Positions 50,010-63,368 of a stretch of DNA of 64,000 nt are shown piece by piece. Numbering within the stretch: position 1 is the first letter of the stretch; each line of letters begins with the position of its first letter. The notes beneath the pieces are model-generated. The model did not search any database and was not told the DNA's origin. It saw only the letters and a program-made list of their open reading frames with translations. Source of the stretch: Paragordius varius (taxonomy: Eukaryota > Animalia > Nematomorpha). The translations under genes were made by a program, and so were the position numbers. Location of the stretch: contig OZ176050.1 of NCBI GenBank assembly GCA_964247055.1, positions 6,882,001-6,946,000 of the forward strand, in the 5' to 3' direction.

Positions 50010-51646
50010 TCTATATATTAAAAATGAAAAGTGGTGGCTTTGTGATCTGTTTCCGGAAAACCGGTAAACTCATTCAAATCCAAATGAAAAAATATCATCA
50101 ATGAGTGCCCCGACAATAGTTTCGTCCTTTTTATGAATTAGGCCCCCAGTGCGGGCCCACCCCGTGTAAAACACAAGTTCACAAAAATCGTGTCTTTGAG
50201 ACAATTTTCCGGAGAACGTGTTGGACCATTCAATTTCAAATATGTTTTTACTTATTTTCGATTGCGAACACAGTCGACTTGCTTTTTTAATTTAGGCCCT
50301 CTTTTTACCTCCCCCCGTAAAATGCCACTTTTTTCAAAAAAATTAAGTCCACAAAACTAATTTTCTATTTTCGCCCAAAGTATGGGACCGTAAAAATTCA
50401 ATAAGGATTCCAGGCATGCCCTGTTAAAAGGTAAAAATTTTAGTCAAGCTTTTCTTTGATGATAGCTGCTGGGTAATAAGATACCCGCTAAAAACTGACC
50501 CGTCATATTGAAATAGTGTGCCTTTGGGGCTAAGTTTCAGAAAACCTATTAGGCCATATGAGTTCGATCCGTGCTTAAAACATTACCCGTAACAACGCAA
50601 AAATTAAGTTCGTGCGGTTTTTTTTAAATTAGCCGTCAATTAGGCCCTTTACGCCCTAAAAAAATGCGCTTTCATTGAACAATTATTTAGTTTAAAAGCC
50701 ATTCTTCCATAAACTAATAAGAACATATGGAACGAATGATGATTCCAGATATTCCCATATAAAGGCAGAAAATATTATCCAACGGCTTTATATATTGGCC
50801 TCTGGGTAGGGGGCTACCCGCGTAAAAATGCGTCACTATATCGATACAGCATTTTGGAGACAAATTTCAGAAAACCAATGAGATGTGAGTTCAATGGCCT
50901 AAAATAATTATTACCCCTTACAAAAATTTTAGTATAGAGGGTTATTTCGATGAGACGCTAAGAAAAGTTTCCTGAAAAATTCGCCGCCATAGAACAACTT
51001 TTTAGTTTTGAAGCAATATTTCCAAGAACTTATAGTACATATGGACATCAGATATTCCCCATATAAAAACTAAAAATTTGCCCGACGCTTTTTTATACCT
51101 GCCTCTGGGTAAAAAGATACCCGTCAAAAACTGTGCCACTATAGAGAATTTGCGTTGTTTTGGAACTAATATAAAGACAACTTATGCCATATTAGCTCAT
51201 TTAAAGTTCGAAATTTTACCCGTAAAAAGATAAAAACTAAGGTCAGGCCTTTTTTTATTAGCCGTTAATTTGGGGCCATTATGCCCTATAAATACGCCAT
51301 CATATAACGATATTTAGTGTTGAGGTATTTTTTCGAATTACCCATGAGACGATGGTCTCAAAGATGATTCCAAATATTTTCCCTATAAAGGCAAAACTTT
51401 TTACTTAGCGCTTTTTCCATATAGGCCTATGGGTAGGAATCTACCGGTTTAAAACTGAGACACCACACAAAAATGGCGTGGCTTTGGAGCAAATTTTCAA
51501 AAAACTTAAGAAGCCAAACGAGTTCGATAAAGGCTTTAAATATTACCTATAAAAAGGTAAAAATTATTGTATAGCGGTTTTTTCCGTTAGCCGTCAATTT
51601 GGGGCCTTGACACCAGTAAACAATATATAGGTATGAATGCACCGTT
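50010..51646 (+). mobile_element. non-autonomous Helitron, 3'-truncated
   Basis: Starts A|TCTATATATTAAAAATG at 50010 and is the reverse complement of 46640-48456. No terminal CTAG. Confidence 0.82.
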
Positions 51647-52383
51647 ATACTTATAATTGTTTAATAATTCTTTTTGATGTCAAAATTTGGGATATATTTA
51701 AAAATTTAATTGCCAAATTCTTACATTTTTGCGTTTGTTTTAAAAGAACTATCCCGTTTTATATGAACAAAAAATCTGAGACTTTCGGAGCCATATCTAA
51801 AAATGAAAACTTTTTGGAAATATTGTTTTGCTTTTTATAAGTAGTTTATGATTATTTTAGTGATATTTTTTGGAATGAAGCATTTAGCTTTCATCAAAAA
51901 AAATATATTACAAAAAATGTGGTCAAACTTTGCCATTTTCTGAAATAAAGCACTTAGCGCAAAGTGCAAATAACTTTCTTATATCACATGTAAGCGCTAA
52001 AAACCAAGAGCACAGTGATAATCCTGATATATTTTTCTATCAGAATATATTTATTTCACCAAGATATATTTTATGACCCCCGATTTTGTACACTGTGTAT
52101 TGAACCTTAAAGATTAAAGAGGCCTAAAATTTTGGCTTAATAGCTTGACTTTTTGAGAAATTAAATTACCAATCACTTTAAGAAAAAACATTTTCAAAAA
52201 ATAATAGTGTTCAAAATTAATTATTCCCCAGTAAAACCGTTTTCTCATTTATTCTTTGGTATTATAATTGATTTATATAACTGTTAATGCCTCAAAAGAG
52301 CTTTGAAACCAAACTAAGAAGATTATTTGAATATTTTTGTTATTATAAATTTAAAATAAAATATTCTCATGTATATTTATTAA

Positions 52384-54855
52384 CACTTCGATTCAAATTG
52401 GGGTATCTAAATACCCCAGACTAAACTTAAATTAAATTTTTTAAAAAACTACTGAAGGAGACGGTCCCAATTTAAATTTATGCTTCTATCCTGATAAATA
52501 TTATATAAATATGGCAAAGTATCTTGATTTAATTTTGTTTTTAACAAAAAGTTTCATCTCAAACTTCTTCGACGCCATTTTTATTTTACAAAAATTTTGC
52601 AAAATATCGTCTTCATTTAATTTTAAGGGTAAACTAAAGCATATTTTTTTATATAAATTACATCTAACATTGATAGAAATAGAAAAAGCGGTTTATTTTG
52701 TATTATTTTTTAATTTTACAATTTGACACATGTCACGTTGACGAAATTTTAACCTTTCGGTTTTAGCTCAAAATAAGTAATATCAAAGATTTTTGAATAA
52801 ATTTTTTTATATATTTCGGTTTATTACAGTCATGTAGACTTTATATTGTTAAAGATTTACTTTTTTTCGTTAATTGGGTATTAATATTTGGTAAAGAATA
52901 TAAAAACAAGAGCATGGTAATACCATATCATGTTCTTTAAAAAAGTAAAAAATGAAGGGGAAGGGCGTCGGAAATCTTTGGTAAAAAAATGAAAATACAC
53001 TAACTACTAAAACCTTCACTTAAATTTGATGGATATTTTGTAATGTTAAATTTTGATAATATTATTGCAATTTATGTTAACATTTGAAATATTGTTGTTA
53101 CGTATTTAGATGCGGAATTTTGTGGGTTTTTATCTTTAATAATTTAATAATTAGTAAAATGGGTATTTTTTATTTATTATTCATAATTAAATTCAATAAT
53201 TACTATTTTTCAACATGATAAATACCTGTATTAATCGATATTGGTATTATTTTATATAGTTGTTATTAGTAATTAAAATACAGGTTATATATTTGTTAAA
53301 ATAAGTAGATTTTGGATTGTTTTTGTTTTTATGTTATTCATTGTCAATTTTTATGTATTGACATTTTAATCACGTAAAAATTGCGGTTTTTAAATTTAGT
53401 CAAATTCAATTTTTTTTTGTTTTTTATTTAACATTGTTAATTGTAATTAATTACATATTGTTAATAATTACAGGTGAAAATTGTGGTTTTTAATAAATTT
53501 AGTTAAATTGAATTTTTTTGTTTTTTAGGATTTGCATTGTTAATTGTAATTAATTTATTTGGTCATTTTAATAAATACAGGTACAAATTGCGGTTTTTAA
53601 TAAATTTCAAATTTATTTTTTTCTATTTTGTATCATTGTTAATTGTAATTAATTACTCCATATTTTGGACATTTTAATAAATACAGGTGAAAATGGCAGT
53701 TTTTCAAATTTAACATTTTTTTTATCATTGTTATTTGTTATTAATTAATAAATATTTTGGAGATTTAAAAAACAGGTGAAAATTGCGGTTTTTAATAAAT
53801 TAGTAAATTTTTTAATGTTTTGTTCAACCTCGCTAATTTATTATGTACTATATATTTTTGGTACATTGATATATACAGGTAAAAATTACTATCATTTGAT
53901 TATTAGCAAGGTTGAACAAAACATTAAAAATTTATTAATTTTATTAAAAAGCGCAATTTTCACATGTTTTTTAAATGTCGAAAATATTTCATAATTAATG
54001 ACAAATAACAATGATACAAAAAAATTTCAATTTAACTAAATTTATTAAAAACCACAATTTTCACCTGTAATTATTAACAATATGTAATTAATTACAATTA
54101 ACAATGTAAAATAAAAAACAAAAAAAATTAAATTTGACTAAATTTAAAAACCGCAATTTTTACCTGATTAAAATGTCAATACATAAAAATTGACAATGAA
54201 TAACATAAAAACAAAAACAATCCAAAATATACTTAAATTTTAACAAATATATAACCTGTATTTTAATTACTAATAACAACTATATAATATAATACCAATA
54301 TCGATTAAAACAGGTATTTATCATATTGAAAAATAGTAATTATTGAATTTAATTATGAATCATAAATAATCAAATACCCATTTTACTATTTATTAAATTA
54401 TTAAAGATAAAAACCCACAAAATTCCACATCTAAATACGTAACAATAATATTTCAAATGTTAACATAAATTGCAATAATATTCTCAAAATTTAACATTAC
54501 AAAATATCCATCAAATTTAAGTGAAGGGTTAGTAGTTAGTGTATTTTCATTTTTTTACCAAAGATTTCCGACGCCCTTCCCCTTCATTTTTTACTTTTTT
54601 AAGAATATGATATGGTAATACCATATCGCTCTTGTTTTTATATTCTTTACCAAATATTAATACCCAATTAAGGAAAAAAAGTAAATCTTTAACAATATAA
54701 AGTCTACATGACTGTAATGTTATATAAGTGCAAAATTTTGCCATGGTTTCGATTCCTTCCATACTTTTTAAAATATTTGATTTTAAACAGGCCTGGGGTA
54801 TCCAACTACCCCAATTTGAATCGAAGGACAAAAATGAGTGTGTTGTATCCAAGTG
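52384..54855 (+). mobile_element. MITE of about 580 bp (CAC...GTG termini, TTAA TSD) interrupted by a foldback element
   Basis: Ends are TTAA|CACTTCGATTC and GTATCCAAGTG|TTAA. The subterminal inverted block is TTCGATTCAAATTGGGGTA / TACCCCAATTTGAATCGAA. The superfamily (piggyBac-like or Chapaev) is unresolved. Confidence 0.75.
52827..54714. mobile_element. 1.9-kb foldback element with Tc1/mariner-type ends
   Basis: Ends are TA|CAGTCATGTAGAC and GTCTACATGACTG|TA. The arms are about 52827-53838 and 53900-54714, around a spacer of about 60 bp. Each arm has roughly 100-bp subrepeats (about 5 left, 3 right). No coding potential. Confidence 0.9.
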
Positions 54856-54955
54856 TTAATAACATTAGAATTATCATACATTCACAGATTTGAATATATA
54901 TATAGTTTTAAAATTCAAATTTTATTTATTTATTTTTTCGATTTCTCTTATTCCA

Positions 54956-57900
54956 ATGACTAAGGTTTCCTATTATTCAATTAAAACAGTTAGGTTTATT
55001 ACAACGCTTGAATTCTGGAGATATTATTATTGGTGATGGAGGGTTTGTTTTTGCTCTTGAAAAGCGTGGATACGTCAAAGCAGGACCTTGGACCCCAGAA
55101 GTTACTGTGGAACACCCAGAAGCTGTTCGAGAATTACACCGAGAATTTTTGCGAGCTGGTTCTGATGTTATGCAAGCATTGACATTTTATGCCAGTGATG
55201 ACAAATTGGAGAATCGTGGAAACAAAGCTAAAGAATTATATTCGGTATCTTTATTATTTTTAAATTTTTATATTTTTTTAATTATTACTTACATGGTTAA
55301 CATTTTTAAATCTTTCGATCAAATCTATTTTTTGTTAAATTTATTTATTAACATATTTTGGTACGCTAATTTGAATAAGAGTGAAAACCGCAAGGCTATA
55401 TATCTTGTGCTTGTTTGAAAATAATTAATGGCTGGTGTAAAAATTGTATTTGTAAATAGAGTACTTTGAATAAAACAATCTACACAGAAGTTTGTGTAAG
55501 TGTTTATCATTTAACTTAAAATGCGGTTTGAGGCTAAAATAGAGAATTTTTCTAATATTTTTCCAACCAAACTAAAAAACTAAAAATTGAAATAAACCAA
55601 AGACTTATTGCACAAATTTTATGTATATTTGTTAATTATTTGCGCTTTTCCGTATCTAGCCATTAATGGCATGTACATTGACCGTAACAAAAATAAAAAA
55701 AACTGTTATAAAACTATTATCTTTCTTAATGGTTCTATGATCAGGGAAATATGTTTGTTAGGGTGAGGCTATTAACAATAAGGCCTGTGAATTGGCACAA
55801 AGTGTAGCCTCAGAAGGTCATGGAACGCTTTTTGCTGGAGGGATTTGTCAAACCCCTTCATATCTGGACGGTAAGGGAAAGGAAGCTGTTAAAGCCGAAT
55901 TCCGAAAGCAAGTCCAAGTCTTTGTTAAACACAACGTTGACTTTTTGATTTGTGAGGTATAATATCATTGAAATACTACAGTTTTTTTATTTAATATTGC
56001 CAGATCAATTTTGTTTGCTAAAAATCCAAGAAAAAGAATAATATTGTTCTCTTTAAGGTCAATGCTTTAATATATTTTAAGTGTCTAATATTTCTTCCTT
56101 TTATAGAAAAATATAATATAGTTAAAGGCTTAAACTTTCAAAAAGCTTTTCTATAGATCTAATGATTTGGGTATAAGAAATGTGTTTACATATAATTAAC
56201 TAAGGCCAACAACCAGATTTTTCAGGTTTAATGTGTGAAATGTGACATAGCTTATCCTTCATACATATAAATGCACATTTTGTGTAAACTAAAATAAAAA
56301 CAATACGACGTGATAACAATCTGATTTAATATTACATAAGGCATACGCATGAACTTTAAAATGAAATGGAAAATAGAATAAACACTGCGTATGGAATAAA
56401 ATTACCACATTTTATATTGTTAGTTCTGGAAAAAGGGAAAAGAGGGATTGATTTTAATATCATTTACTTATAGTTTATTAGCCTCTGTTTATGCAAGAGA
56501 AAATCTTTTATTACCATTTGCAACTTTGTTTAAGGTGCTTCAAAGAATTATTAGTTAATTAAATTTTATTTTTTAGAGTTTATACTATATACACTTTTTT
56601 GATAAAATCTTTCCTAATAATATGAATATGATTACCATGTAATGTACCTTTAATGAGTATTACACTGCTTAGTTGCAATGTATGTTTGCTTGTATCTGGA
56701 ATTATTTATTTTTTTTCAATTAATTTTTAAATGTAAAATATCGTTCAGTATTTCGAACACATCGAAGAAATTGAATGGGCTATTGAAGTTTGCCGTGAAA
56801 CGAACCTAACTATTGTGGCCACCATGTGTATTGGTCCACATGGAGATATGAGTGGAAAAACGACTGAAGAGTGTGGCGTGCGATTAGCTAAAGCTGGTAA
56901 AATTTGGTTATAACATTTTACGGGCAAATGATGGGAATAAATAATTTAGACGTAAAAATTTTGGTAACAAAAGCTTTTTTTTTATTTTCAACTATGATGC
57001 TGTATTTATTTATGTCCATATAGATTTTAACATAATTTGGCCGAAATTTTAGTACTACTTAAAATTTACAACAACTGAGCTATATAAATAGTTAATATTA
57101 ATTTTTCTTGTATTATCTAAAAGTCATATGCCAAAAGTTGACCCTAAAGTTAGCTAAATACATAAAAGATTTTTTTACTGTGCAGTAAAAAATTTTAGAA
57201 ATAGAAGCCAAGGTGGACTGTACATTGATAAATTGAAGTTTGCTCGTTAAGGCCAGTCAAAAATATGTGTACGGAATATATACTAATTTGTCCATCAATC
57301 ATTTAATATTATATGCGCTTTATATGATAAAAAAATTATACAGCCATAATATACCATTGATCAACTAATAATTCTTTTACTTAAATTAGATTCCTATATG
57401 GGATACATAATATATATCAACCTGTTTTGGTCTGACTTGTATTTATATCTATATAATAATATTTTTCGCATTCGATACTATTGCGCTGATTAAAATAGTT
57501 ATTTTTGAAATGCGTCCTTACAATAATGAATAAACCTAATTTGAATAATGTTTTATATCTAAATTTTTAGACCATTAAATACATGAGACGTAGTTTATGG
57601 TTTGACCTCTCCTATCATTCATTACAGCTTTATTATCTTTTATTTTAATTTGACATCTCATGTCAATATTGTTGAAAAGGGAAATAATAATACAACTTTT
57701 TTTGTTATAAATTTGTGTGATAACCAAATTTTAGTTATGAGTTATATTATTCATCTATCAATCAACTTTGTATAACTTGCAAATTTTAATCCATACACAT
57801 ATGTTATAAGAAATTTGTTAATAAATGTAACCGGTAAAATTAATAATAATTATGTATAGCCGATATCAGTTTTACAAAATATTTGACTCTTTGAATTTGT

Positions 57901-58341
57901 TTTATATGGCCAAGCGTTTAAAGCCATAATTTTTGCTAAGCTTTATTACCTTTTGGGTTAGTTTTCTGCCACACACTAATTTTAAATTTAACGATCCTAA
58001 AAATATCCATGCTATTGGGGCAAAGTTAAAAATATATGCATTTTATGACTTTTCAAGTGTTTTCTATATAAAATTTCTGAAAAATACAAAAGTGAAAAAT
58101 TCTCATCTCAAACATTTTGCCGCCAAATATTTTATTTTAATTTTTGTAAAATTGCTAAACGAACTGATGAATTAAATCTGTTGTGGTTAATTAATTAAAT
58201 GGTGATTTTCAGCTGTTTAGCACATAACGCCTTTTTTCATTGATGACGCATGGTCTCCAAAATTTTGTCCTACTTTTAAAAGTTTATATCTTACTTTATT
58301 TTCGCATATTTGCCTGTGGTATACAAATTTGATACTAAATT

Positions 58342-58397
<56 letters not shown>

Positions 58398-61300
58398 ATT
58401 TACAGTTTAAATTTACCCTTGAACAATTCAAATTCACCCTAAAATTAATGTGTTTTATAAAATTAAAAATTACCTATATTTTTTATATTTAAAAATGAAA
58501 TTATATTTAAAATTAAAATAATAAAGAAAAAATAATAAACTATGCCAGAATATATTTCATATTAATGATAAGTTATATTAGCCCGAAAAATAACTTTATT
58601 TAGGTTGAATTCGAATTGTTCAAGGGTGAATTTAAATTAAAAATGGTATATATTTTGTTATTTCTGCTATTTTTTTGCTTTTAACCAATTAGTCGTTGAC
58701 ATTTTACTTTTATAACGCTCGACGAGGTCAAATTTTTTTACAAATTTTGAACATATACACGTCAAATTGACAATTGACATTTTCTCTGTATATTAATAGG
58801 TGCCCATGTGATTGGTGTTAATTGTCATTTTGACCCATTCACATGCGTTAAAACGGTTTCGATTATGAAGAAAGCGTGTGATGATGCCAACATTAAAGTC
58901 CATTACATTTGTCAGCCGCTCGCTTACCATACACCCGACTGTGGTCGTCAGGGCTTTATTGCACTACCTGAATTCCCTTTTGGTATGTATTGTGTTGTGT
59001 TTAATTTTATATTAATTTGGGCTTGGAAAAGAAAGTCGAAATTCGCAACCGATTATAAAATGATTCTTAGAATTTATGTATGATTTGTTTTCTATTTTTT
59101 TATGCGAATATTGAACCGTTTTTAATATATTGGAACCATCGCATACATTAAAACAGGATTAGGCTCAAAATATTATACCTTTACATTAAAGAGCTGTTGT
59201 CAATTAATTCTGTTAATATAAATTAATTTAATATATTACGATTAAAGCCTACGAGCATTTTATAAAATAATATACCTTACATTAAATTTTTTTGTCATGT
59301 GTATTGCCATTAAAATAAATTGATCCAATAAATTTAGCATTGGAACCGCGAGTCGTATCTCGTTTCGATGTGCAAGCATATGCCCGAAAAGCGTATGAAG
59401 CCGGAATTCGTTACATTGGGGGCTGTTGTGGATTCGAAGCTTACCATATTAGAGCCATTACTGAAGAATTATTGGAGGAAAAAAAGAAGTTTGAAAAACG
59501 ATTTTTGTTTTCAATAAAGTTTATTGGAATTGAAATGTTTATAATTTTGTAAAAGGGCGTCTGCTAAATCGGGAATACCATTCCAGGTACCAGAGGCATT
59601 GCTCAAACACGATTTATGGGGGAACGGATTGAAAATTCATACGAAACCGTTTGTACGAGCTCGGTAATATGATTTCTATTTTTATTTTCATATCATTAGC
59701 CAGTTGATGTTATTTTCAAATATTGTTTATACCGCTAACTCGGCATGTATTATTTTATTTACATTTAAGCGACGAAATTAATTGTTTTTACCTAATTTTG
59801 AAGTGTATTTTTCATTTTGGGATGGTATGATAAAATTATTATTAACTGTATAATTTTAATAATTTGATCATAACTTACTGAACAGACATATTACGATATG
59901 TAAAGACACCTTTTTTGTTAGAAACAATGATAATATTGAATATAAATTTTATGAAAAGAGCACCCATTCAATTCTTTACTTACATAAAGATTCTTTCCAT
60001 ATTCCATTGCAAAAAGCTAATGTAATTACCAACCTATAAAAATGTAAGGATAAACACATTACAAATTTAAACAAGAAGTTAATGATTTTAGTGATACAAT
60101 AATTTTATTTAACGGGTTTAATATAAAGAATATAAAAATTAGAAAAGAACATTAAATATGCAACAAAACAGTTAAAAGGGTATTTTAAAATTTATTTCTT
60201 CACTCTATATTCCATATTTAACCAGTAAAATATCTAAAATTTTAAGTAAATAATATATTAAAACGGGTGTCGACCCGGTAAAATGATAAAGATTTTTTTT
60301 TAATAAAAATAAATAAAAAACAAAATTGATCGGTAGTGGAAAGTGCTATATTGGTCAAAGGCAGAAAGATTACACAAATAAAGGAACACCAAAGCATTCT
60401 AACATAAAAAATAGTTCTATCACACTTATACATACTTTTTTAATTGCTTAATATTTTGATTTTTTATTGATAACGGAAGTCCATTTTGAATTCCGAAACT
60501 AGCATATTTTTTTATACATACACTAGCGTAAATCTCGTGCTGCTACGCAGCCCGAGGAAGTCCTTCGGACTTCTGGGGGGGGGGTATTTGAAAAAAGGGA
60601 CAATAAATTGATCCACATATGTGGATTATTTCGAAACATTATTTAAATATGATTTTATAAGAATTTTAAAACGGTGCATTCATACTAATATATTGTTTAC
60701 CTGGGAGAAAAATACAATTAAAAAATTAATTTTGTGGACTTTGTTTTTTTTTGAAAAAAATGGCATTGTACGGGGGTAGAGGGTAAAAAGAGGGCCTAAA
60801 TCAAAAAAGTGAGTCGACTATGTTCGGCGCGATCAAAAATAAGTAAACAAAAATCATATTTGAAATTGAATGGTCCAACACGTTCTCCGGAAAATTGACT
60901 TAACCCGTTTTTCACACGGGGTAGGCCCGAACTGGAGACCTAATTCCAAAAAAGGGCGAAGCTATTGTCGGGACATTTATTAATGATTAAATTTTTTCGA
61001 TATTTGGATTTGATTGGGTTCACCGGTTTTCCGGAAACAGATCACAAAGTTTCATGAGGAATCAGTTTTTAGCGGGTAGCTCCTTACCCAGCAGCTATCA
61101 TCAAAGAAACGCTTGACTAAAATTTTTGCCTTTTAACAGGGAATACGTAGAATCCATATTAAATTTTTACGGTCTCATACCTAGGGCGAAAAATAGATTT
61201 AAAAAATTATTTTTGTGGACTTTGTTTGAAAAAAATGGCATTTTACGGGGGGAGCGGGTAATAAGAGGGCCTAAATCAAAAAAGCGAGACGACTATGTTC

Positions 61301-63368
61301 GGCGCAATCGAAAATAAGTAAACAAAAATTTTATTTGAAATTGAATGGTCCAACACGTTCTTCAGAAAATTGTCTCAAAGACACGATTTTTGTGGACTTC
61401 TGTTTTCTAAAAAAAACGCGTTTTTCACACGGGGTGGGCCCGAACTGGGGGCCTATTTCAAAAACGGGTGAAGCTATTGTCGGGGCATTCATTAATGATT
61501 TTATTTTTTCGAAGTTTAGATTTGAATGGGTCTACCGGTTTTCCGGTACCAGATCACAAAGCCAGCATTTTCCATTTTTATAAATATAGGATTTTATATT
61601 TACCATACTAATATAAAATGCACTTTGAATAAAACATAAAAACCAACACATAAGCCAGTCTATATAATAAGAAAATTGATAGCGAAGCCATTGATTTTTA
61701 GATATAATTGTATGTATGTTAAAATATATAGGCATTATATAACCGAATATATTCAAAAAAACAAAATATATTTTGTTGGTTCCCCAATTTTTAATTTAAT
61801 GTGATTAGCGAAAAAATATTGGTGAAAAATGTAATAGAGAAAACACAAATTCGTAAAATTCCTAAAAATTTTAAGTTATTATTCAGGGTAAAAAAATTTG
61901 TTTTGGGCATTTAAATAATTAAATCTCTTGGTATCTATATAAGCGTAATATATACTTAAAATGGCTAAATACCAAATAGTATGTATTGATTTAGATTATG
62001 TTTCCATTTAAATAATAATTGTCTTTCAACATTTTTATGTAAATTATAAAAACTTGTTTTATCATGTATCATTGCTGGAATCTTATCTTTTTCTAATTAT
62101 ATAGTATATTTAATAATTTTATTACAATTATTAATAAAGTTGAAATAGTTTTTTAAAAATAATTTAGAGTCCCAGATATATTCTTCATATCTACAATAAA
62201 ACACGGGTGTAATATGATAATTTAACAATATATACATTCATTTCTATATATAAGTGGCTAAAATAGGTGATATCGGTAGACCCATAAGAAGCTCGTCAAC
62301 TTGTTTATAAAATTTATCATTAAATTTAAAATAATTATTATTAAAACAAAAGTTAAGTATTTCCAATAATTTAGGATATTTATATATTGTATCATAGTTA
62401 ATTTTTGTAACAAAAATAGTACTAAAACTTTAATCGAGAGTATGGGTACATTTAAACCCCAATTGTAAAAGCGTGTTTTAAATAGTTTTTACATGTGAAG
62501 TGCATTCACACACATACAAATAATTTATTGATAACGGAACTCCATTTGAGTTCCAAGGCTAACAAATATCCATCGTGTTTTATTATATTTTGATTTCTAA
62601 ATTATCTTTTATATAAATACAGATAGCAAATAAATATAGCCATTTTATTTCAATAAAATGGTTATAATTTAAAAAATTAAGTTGGTGGGTTAGCCCCTAA
62701 ACTTTATTAAAATTAGTGTAATATTAATGCATTAATCAAATTTACTGCTCTGTGTTACAATAATTTACTAAAAACACCGTTTAAACCTTGTTTTCTATAT
62801 TATATATTTTACCAATTGTTTATAACCAGGGCCAATCGGACTTATTGGGAACATTTGAGACCGGCTTCAGGACGTCCGTTTTCTGCCGCTTTATCGAAGC
62901 ACCAAGATATGGCCATTCATCCCGGGGTAATTTTCTTATGTGTATGAAAAATGGTTTTCAAACCCCTTTTTACTTGATAATAACCAATTCTTTTTCTTTC
63001 TGACTGCAATCATGACGTATTAATGTTAAAAAATTGCTTCTAAAAGTTTCTAATTACGCAAATTATTATTTTCCTCATTTACCAGCTACAATGTGAAATA
63101 ATAATAAATTTAATTTATCCCACCAACCAATGCTTTTCTTTACAACTATATTTAAAAAAATTTGTCTAAAATGTATGTTTAGGATACTTTGTTGAAACAA
63201 ACGAAGAAAGAAACGAGCGAAGCGGAACAAGCGGCAGTTATAGCTGCTCTTAAAGAAATAGAGCATGATAACTGTCCTCATCATCATAGAAATGGGGGTG
63301 GTGATCATAATGGACATTCTTGCAGTCACCAAAAAAATGATGACCCCCTCATTGATGTCAACTATTGA
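54956..63368 (+). CDS. BHMT: betaine-homocysteine S-methyltransferase, about 443 aa
   Basis: Exons: 54956-54964 (candidate), 54990-55244, 55762-55956, 56749-56896, 58800-58982, 59338-59488, 59556-59663, 62830-62926, 63183-63368, totalling 1332 nt in frame. Motifs include [33 protein letters not shown] and IGGCCGFE (all three Zn-ligand Cys), [10 protein letters not shown] and [12 protein letters not shown]. The first exon is uncertain. Confidence 0.93.
58345..58395. repeat. (TA)n microsatellite
   Basis: Perfect TA run in a BHMT intron, abutting a MITE. Confidence 0.95.
58396..58646. mobile_element. MITE with about 50-bp TIRs inserted in a TA tract
   Basis: CCATTT...TTTACCCTTGAACAATTC(A/G)AATTCA pairs with TGAATTCGAATTGTTCAAGGGTGAATTT...AAATGG. 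TA dinucleotide runs lie on both sides. Confidence 0.75.
60523..61591 (-). mobile_element. non-autonomous Helitron with type-A 3' end, composite of two partial units, in a BHMT intron
   Basis: Same hairpin and CTAG end as 5460, with TC at 61591. The 5'-proximal block occurs twice (60700-61050 and 61060-61591). Confidence 0.88.

Noticed and set aside
53365-54170. Regularly spaced repeats resembling a CRISPR array
   Set aside because: They are degenerate subrepeats of about 100 bp in foldback arms, with non-unique spacers, a eukaryotic context and no cas genes.
60250-62580. Similar short blocks at 60250-60510 and 62200-62570 as a large Helitron-associated duplication
   Set aside because: The similarity is patchy and better explained as two decayed copies of a dispersed MITE.
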